64,000 bases of DNA from contig JAWQFM010000030.1 in the NCBI GenBank assembly GCA_033442325.1, forward strand, positions 442,212-506,211, written 5' to 3'. Position numbers and translations under genes: made by a program. The notes beneath the pieces were generated by a model. That model was not told where the DNA came from. It saw only the letters and a program-made list of their open reading frames with translations, and made no database searches. Shown one piece after another: positions 59,594-64,000 of this stretch (position 1 is the stretch's first letter; every line of letters begins with the position of its first letter). This DNA comes from Salpingoeca rosetta. Taxonomy: Eukaryota > Protista > Choanoflagellata.

Positions 59594-61996
59594 ATGGCAG
59601 TTGGTGCCGTATCCCTTGGCCACGATGCCGGGTCGCCGCTCCTGGCAGTGTCGGCTGCACCGGATTCTTCCACGCCCACGTCCTCATCCAGTACCACAGC
59701 TGCTGTCAGTGCTACTGTCACAACGACCGCGACGACGACGACGACGACGACGACGACGCTTCTTACATCGCAGCCTGATGAGTTTGCCGTTATCGACATC
59801 ATCCCCGCGTCCACCGCAACCGACACGGCCACACCATGCTCTCCCACCACCAGAAGCGACGCCATCGTAGTGCTGGTGCATGTCCCGAAGTCCAGTGCCA
59901 TAACCTCAGCCATTGGGGCCCCCGATGAGGCATCGTCGCCAGAGCACGTGCTGCAGCGCCTGTGTCCTCTGCCAGCAGCCGCGATGACGACCACGACAGC
60001 AGTGAGCACAGTCACACCGGTGGACACGAGGCCCTGTGTCACAGCCGATGCAGACCAGCCGCTGCTGCCACCGCTGCCCCCACTGGAGCCGTCGACGACA
60101 TGTGAGCACCCAAGCAGCATCCTCGTCATTGACCCATCCACGGGCACAACAGCAACCACAGCCGCCGCGCCTATCGCTGCTACCGCTGGTGCTGCACACG
60201 ACACATCGTACACCCTCATCACCCCCGCCGCTGCAGACGCCATAGCAGCGGCGGCGGTGACGACGACACCGACGAAACGAGCGGTGGTGTGGGCGGCCCT
60301 GCTGCTGTACATGCTGATGATTGGCGGCGCGCAGGTGCTGTTCCGCATGCAGGTGGTGTTGTATGGCGACACGACCACCTTTGCCCTCTCCACCTACGTC
60401 CTGTTTGTCATCATGGGGAGCGTGACGGCCCAGTCCGCGTACGTTGCGTACCAGATGGCATACCTGTGTCGCAGTGCCACCCCCAAACCGCGTTGGGTCA
60501 CCCCCGTGCAAGGCTTCCTCTCTGGCGTGCTCAGCCTGACTGGCCTGGCGCTGTACCTGGTCATGACGAGCGATGGCGGCGAGGCGTCCGTGCTGTCTCC
60601 GCTCACAGCGCTTTTCATCATCATCCCACTCGCGTACGGCGTGCTTGGCCTTGGTGATCGTCTCAACGTGCCCCGTACCCTTGGCGTCGTGCTGGCGCTG
60701 CTGTCCGCTGTCCTGTTTGCCATGAGCACCGGTGGCAGCCTCCAGTTTAGCGGACGCACCATCCTCCTCTTTGTCCTGGCGGTGGTGGCGTGGGGCGTGT
60801 GCACGCTGCTGTACCAGGTGTTCTCGCTCAAGGAGCGACACGAGTACGCGGCAGGGTACCTGGGCTTTGTTGGCGGCGTTGTCACGGCTGCGCTTGTCGT
60901 TGCCTTTGCCGCTGGCTTCCCCTTACCCGACTTCCACTTCTCCGCCTCCCACGCCATCGTGTATGGCGGCGGCATGTGTCGTGGCATCGGCTCTGTCACT
61001 TTCTTTCTTCTCGCGCGCGCAATGCCACAGGAAGCGGCGGTGGTTGCTCCCATCAGCAGCTTGTATGTCATGCTGCCGGTCGTCGTGGGCATGGGCTTTC
61101 TTGGGGAGGCCGTCGATGCGTGGAAGCTGGGCGGTGTCGCAGCGTCCGTGCTCGGCGTGCTGCTGATGGGCGTGCGTGATTGGTCGACTGTGCTCCCGTG
61201 TCTTTACCGTCACCGTCGTGGTGCGCGCCATGCCAAGACAGCCATCCTCCCTGCCGTCGTCAGCGCAGGAACACTTGACCTCGCAACTGCCACTGACAAT
61301 GGTGGCGTCGGTGTTGGCGTGCACGCGCGTGATGTGCTTGTGGCGCCGGCAACAACTGTCACGACTGCGATTGCTGCAGCAAGGCTACCATCTTCAGCAC
61401 TTGACCCACCGTCATCATCATCGTCATTGTCATCATCATCGTCATCATCACCCAGCCCAACACCGCTGACGACTGCGACCACCACGGGTACATCGACCCC
61501 AACAGCGGCACCAGATGCGCGCAGCATTGCCGGCGATATTGACATGTGCGAACGACCGCTTATGGCAGCGTGGGTGGCGCACGATGCTTGTGGCCAGCAC
61601 ACCACACTCGCGACAACGACAGCGCCAACAACAGCACGTGCTCCACGGACGGACAGGGGGGCTTCTATCATTCCCGCTCAATCAACACCAACAGCAGCAA
61701 CAAGTGCGACAATGACAGCAGCAGCATCACCAGCGTCTGTGCAACGACAACGGGTGCCGTGGTGGCGTGTGCGGACCAGCAAGAAGGGCAGCCGTCGGGC
61801 CACGGTGGAGGTGTTGAAGGATGTGGCACCCAATGGGGTTGCTGCTGCATTCGATGACCTCGCACTGGAGCGGCAGCAGCAGCACGAGGAGGAGGAGGAG
61901 GAGGGCATGGTGGAAAAGGAGGCGTTGGGGCTGTGTGAGGAGACGTTTGGATGGGGCAACGACGACGACGACGACAGAGGCGAGGGCGGGCTTTGA
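59594..61996 (+). CDS. Intronless EamA/drug-metabolite transporter (DMT) family protein, about 10 TM, with Thr/Ala-rich disordered termini
   Basis: Two internal repeats ending EASVLSPLTALFIIIPLAYGVLGLGDRLNVPRTLGVVLALL and EAAVVAPISSLYVMLPVVVGMGFLGEAVDAWKLGGVAASVLGVLL. Confidence 0.88.
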   Translation: MAVGAVSLGHDAGSPLLAVSAAPDSSTPTSSSSTTAAVSATVTTTATTTTTTTTTLLTSQPDEFAVIDIIPASTATDTATPCSPTTRSDAIVVLVHVPKSSAITSAIGAPDEASSPEHVLQRLCPLPAAAMTTTTAVSTVTPVDTRPCVTADADQPLLPPLPPLEPSTTCEHPSSILVIDPSTGTTATTAAAPIAATAGAAHDTSYTLITPAAADAIAAAAVTTTPTKRAVVWAALLLYMLMIGGAQVLFRMQVVLYGDTTTFALSTYVLFVIMGSVTAQSAYVAYQMAYLCRSATPKPRWVTPVQGFLSGVLSLTGLALYLVMTSDGGEASVLSPLTALFIIIPLAYGVLGLGDRLNVPRTLGVVLALLSAVLFAMSTGGSLQFSGRTILLFVLAVVAWGVCTLLYQVFSLKERHEYAAGYLGFVGGVVTAALVVAFAAGFPLPDFHFSASHAIVYGGGMCRGIGSVTFFLLARAMPQEAAVVAPISSLYVMLPVVVGMGFLGEAVDAWKLGGVAASVLGVLLMGVRDWSTVLPCLYRHRRGARHAKTAILPAVVSAGTLDLATATDNGGVGVGVHARDVLVAPATTVTTAIAAARLPSSALDPPSSSSSLSSSSSSSPSPTPLTTATTTGTSTPTAAPDARSIAGDIDMCERPLMAAWVAHDACGQHTTLATTTAPTTARAPRTDRGASIIPAQSTPTAATSATMTAAASPASVQRQRVPWWRVRTSKKGSRRATVEVLKDVAPNGVAAAFDDLALERQQQHEEEEEEGMVEKEALGLCEETFGWGNDDDDDRGEGGL

Positions 61997-62093
61997 TCGA
62001 CTGTTTCACTTTGGTTGTTTTCATGTTGACAAAGCCTGTACAATCAATTCATAAACGACTCGCCAACTGTAGAACTGGGAGGCACTTGTGTGT

Positions 62094-62172
<79 letters not shown>

Positions 62173-62315
62173 GGCGACAACACACGGATGACGCGAGATG
62201 AGGCTCGAGCATTGGTAGAAGATATTCACAAACATTCGGCACTTCTTCCTTCAAACGCAAACACAAACACAAACAACAACCAACAACAACCACTGCTTCT
62301 GCTGCTCCTCCTTCC

Positions 62316-63200
62316 ATGATGATGATGCTGCGATCGATTGGTGCGATGCTGACGCGCCGGGCAGTTGTGCCCGTGGCCATGCGCGGAGCGGCAGCGCCTC
62401 GGCGGTTCCTTTCCCTGAGCGGAAGGCGGATGGCCAACGGTGCGGGCGAGGCAACCACCGCTGGGCAAGCCGCTTCCACTGCAGGGACAGCGACCGGCGC
62501 TGCAACGGCCACGCAGGCGGTTGAGGTGTACAGCCGGCGGATGCAGGCGCTGCACTGGCTCGTCGGCGCGGGGATGCTGACGTGCGTCGCCACGGTGAAG
62601 ATGGCCCAGTGGACCGAGGACAAGAAGAAGAAGGGCCAGTACATGATGATCCACAAGTCCACGGCGCTGCTCGTGGCCGCGCTCGTCGTGCCGCGCGTGG
62701 CCATTCGCCTCGCATCCAAGATGCCAAAGGCCCTGCCGGGCACCTCCAAGTTTGAGCAGCTTGCCGGATCCTTCAGCCACTTCCTCATGTACGTGGCAAT
62801 GATTGGCATGCCAGTGACCGGCATCACCATGGGATACTTTGGCGGCAAGGGCCTCCCCTTCTACGGCGCCCACATCCCCGGCACGGACACGCCCAACAAG
62901 AAGGTGGCCGGCACCGCCTTCAAGGTGCACAAGAAGATGGGCCAGGTGCTCGAGTATGTGCTGGCCCTCCACATCGGCGCTACCATCTTCCACATGTTCC
63001 AAGGCATCCCCATGCTGACGCGCATGGGCTTTGCGCTCTCGCCCACCTCCACCACCTCCGCTGCGCTTCTCCTGGCGGCCTTTACCGGCGACGATGCCGC
63101 GTCTCTCGATGACGACGACATCGCCGCCGCCTTCTTCCTCCACGACAACACCGATGACGGTGATGATGATGGGGAGGAGGAGGAGGAGGAGGAGGAGTAA
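62316..63200 (+). CDS. cybB: Intronless prokaryotic-type di-haem cytochrome b561 (CybB/YceJ/YodB family) with N-terminal mitochondrial-type presequence and acidic tail
   Basis: YSRRMQALHWL, MIHKSTALLV..PRVAIRL, SHFLMYVAMIGMPVTG, KVHKKMG, LALHIGATIFH, MLTRM. The first 45 residues are Arg-rich with no acidic residues. Confidence 0.88.
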   Translation: MMMMLRSIGAMLTRRAVVPVAMRGAAAPRRFLSLSGRRMANGAGEATTAGQAASTAGTATGAATATQAVEVYSRRMQALHWLVGAGMLTCVATVKMAQWTEDKKKKGQYMMIHKSTALLVAALVVPRVAIRLASKMPKALPGTSKFEQLAGSFSHFLMYVAMIGMPVTGITMGYFGGKGLPFYGAHIPGTDTPNKKVAGTAFKVHKKMGQVLEYVLALHIGATIFHMFQGIPMLTRMGFALSPTSTTSAALLLAAFTGDDAASLDDDDIAAAFFLHDNTDDGDDDGEEEEEEEE

Positions 63201-63919
63201 TGTGCTGACGATGACATGGCTGTGGAGTGATCTGACCGTCAGCCGGAGCCGAATAAAGTTGGTGCTGCAGGTGTTCTGAAGGCGTTGTGTACGTGCGCAT
63301 GCGTGTCGTGTTTCGTGGTTGCTTTCGTATCTGGATGGAAGTGTTTGAGCACTGCACTTGTGCATGTGCATGTGTACGCGCGCGTGTTTGTGTTTGTTTG
63401 CATGTCGCAAAGTTTGTGCACCGCCTGTTGTGTTGCACATCGTTATCACGATGCCTCGGGCTGGCGAGATGTTCCGTTACAACGCACGGGCCATGCGTGC
63501 TTGGCTGTCTTGGTTGTGGTTGTGTTTTTGGGTCGTGATGTTCGTGATGTTGTGTTAATGTTGCGAGGGCTTGCGTCCTGGACGCATGTGGTGACACGTC
63601 ATGCGTGCAGCTTGATTGTGGTGTGACGTGGTGTGTGCCAGCCATCCAATACAAAACAATGCAAGTGGGCTACGTTTACGGTATGTGTGCGCACGTGCAC
63701 ATGAGGGACACGAGCACAGACAGCAACAGCTCCTATGTACATTGCATGCATGCATGCATGCGCGCAGGCATGTGAGAGAGAACAACGGTTGGCTATGGAC
63801 ATGGAAACAAAGGGCAAAGTGTTCAGTGGGGAAGAAGGGTGGGGCGTCTAAGGAACGGGAAGTAGGGAAGAAGGGAAGAAGGGAAAGGACAGGGAAGAGA
63901 AACACAAAGAAGAAAGGCA

Positions 63920-63960
<41 letters not shown>

Positions 63961-64000
63961 GGGAGAAGAGGAGGAGGACGACAGTGGGATTTAGATGGTC

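Overview
Eukaryotic genomic DNA, GC-rich, with short GT-AG introns packed with (CA)n/(GT)n microsatellites, polyQ-rich proteins and TKL-type receptor kinases. This profile suggests a choanoflagellate such as Salpingoeca rosetta (inference). Most ORF-track entries are microsatellite artefacts; the real genes were rebuilt by hand-splicing. In order: TMEM106 homologue (-, runs off the left edge); Q-rich zinc-finger protein A (-); CCDC34/CCDC181-like coiled-coil protein (-); claudin-like/AGTRAP-like fusion membrane protein (+); Q-rich zinc-finger protein B (-, paralogue of A); secreted 2x phytocyanin-like cupredoxin + PLAT + Asp-box protein (-); PTP-PEST-type tyrosine phosphatase (+); RUFY-like FYVE protein (-, 5' end lost at a gap); a chimeric mis-assembled segment; LRR receptor TKL kinase (-, frameshifted at a C10 run) head-to-head with a Kelch/EGF receptor TKL kinase (+); intronless EamA/DMT transporter (+); intronless bacterial-type cytochrome b561 (CybB-like) with a mitochondrial-type presequence (+). 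The main hidden signal: proteins A and B share an intron-split nine-cysteine double zinc finger laid out like the nuclear-receptor DNA-binding domain, a fold generally considered animal-specific. No database searches were run; family calls rest on remembered motifs.
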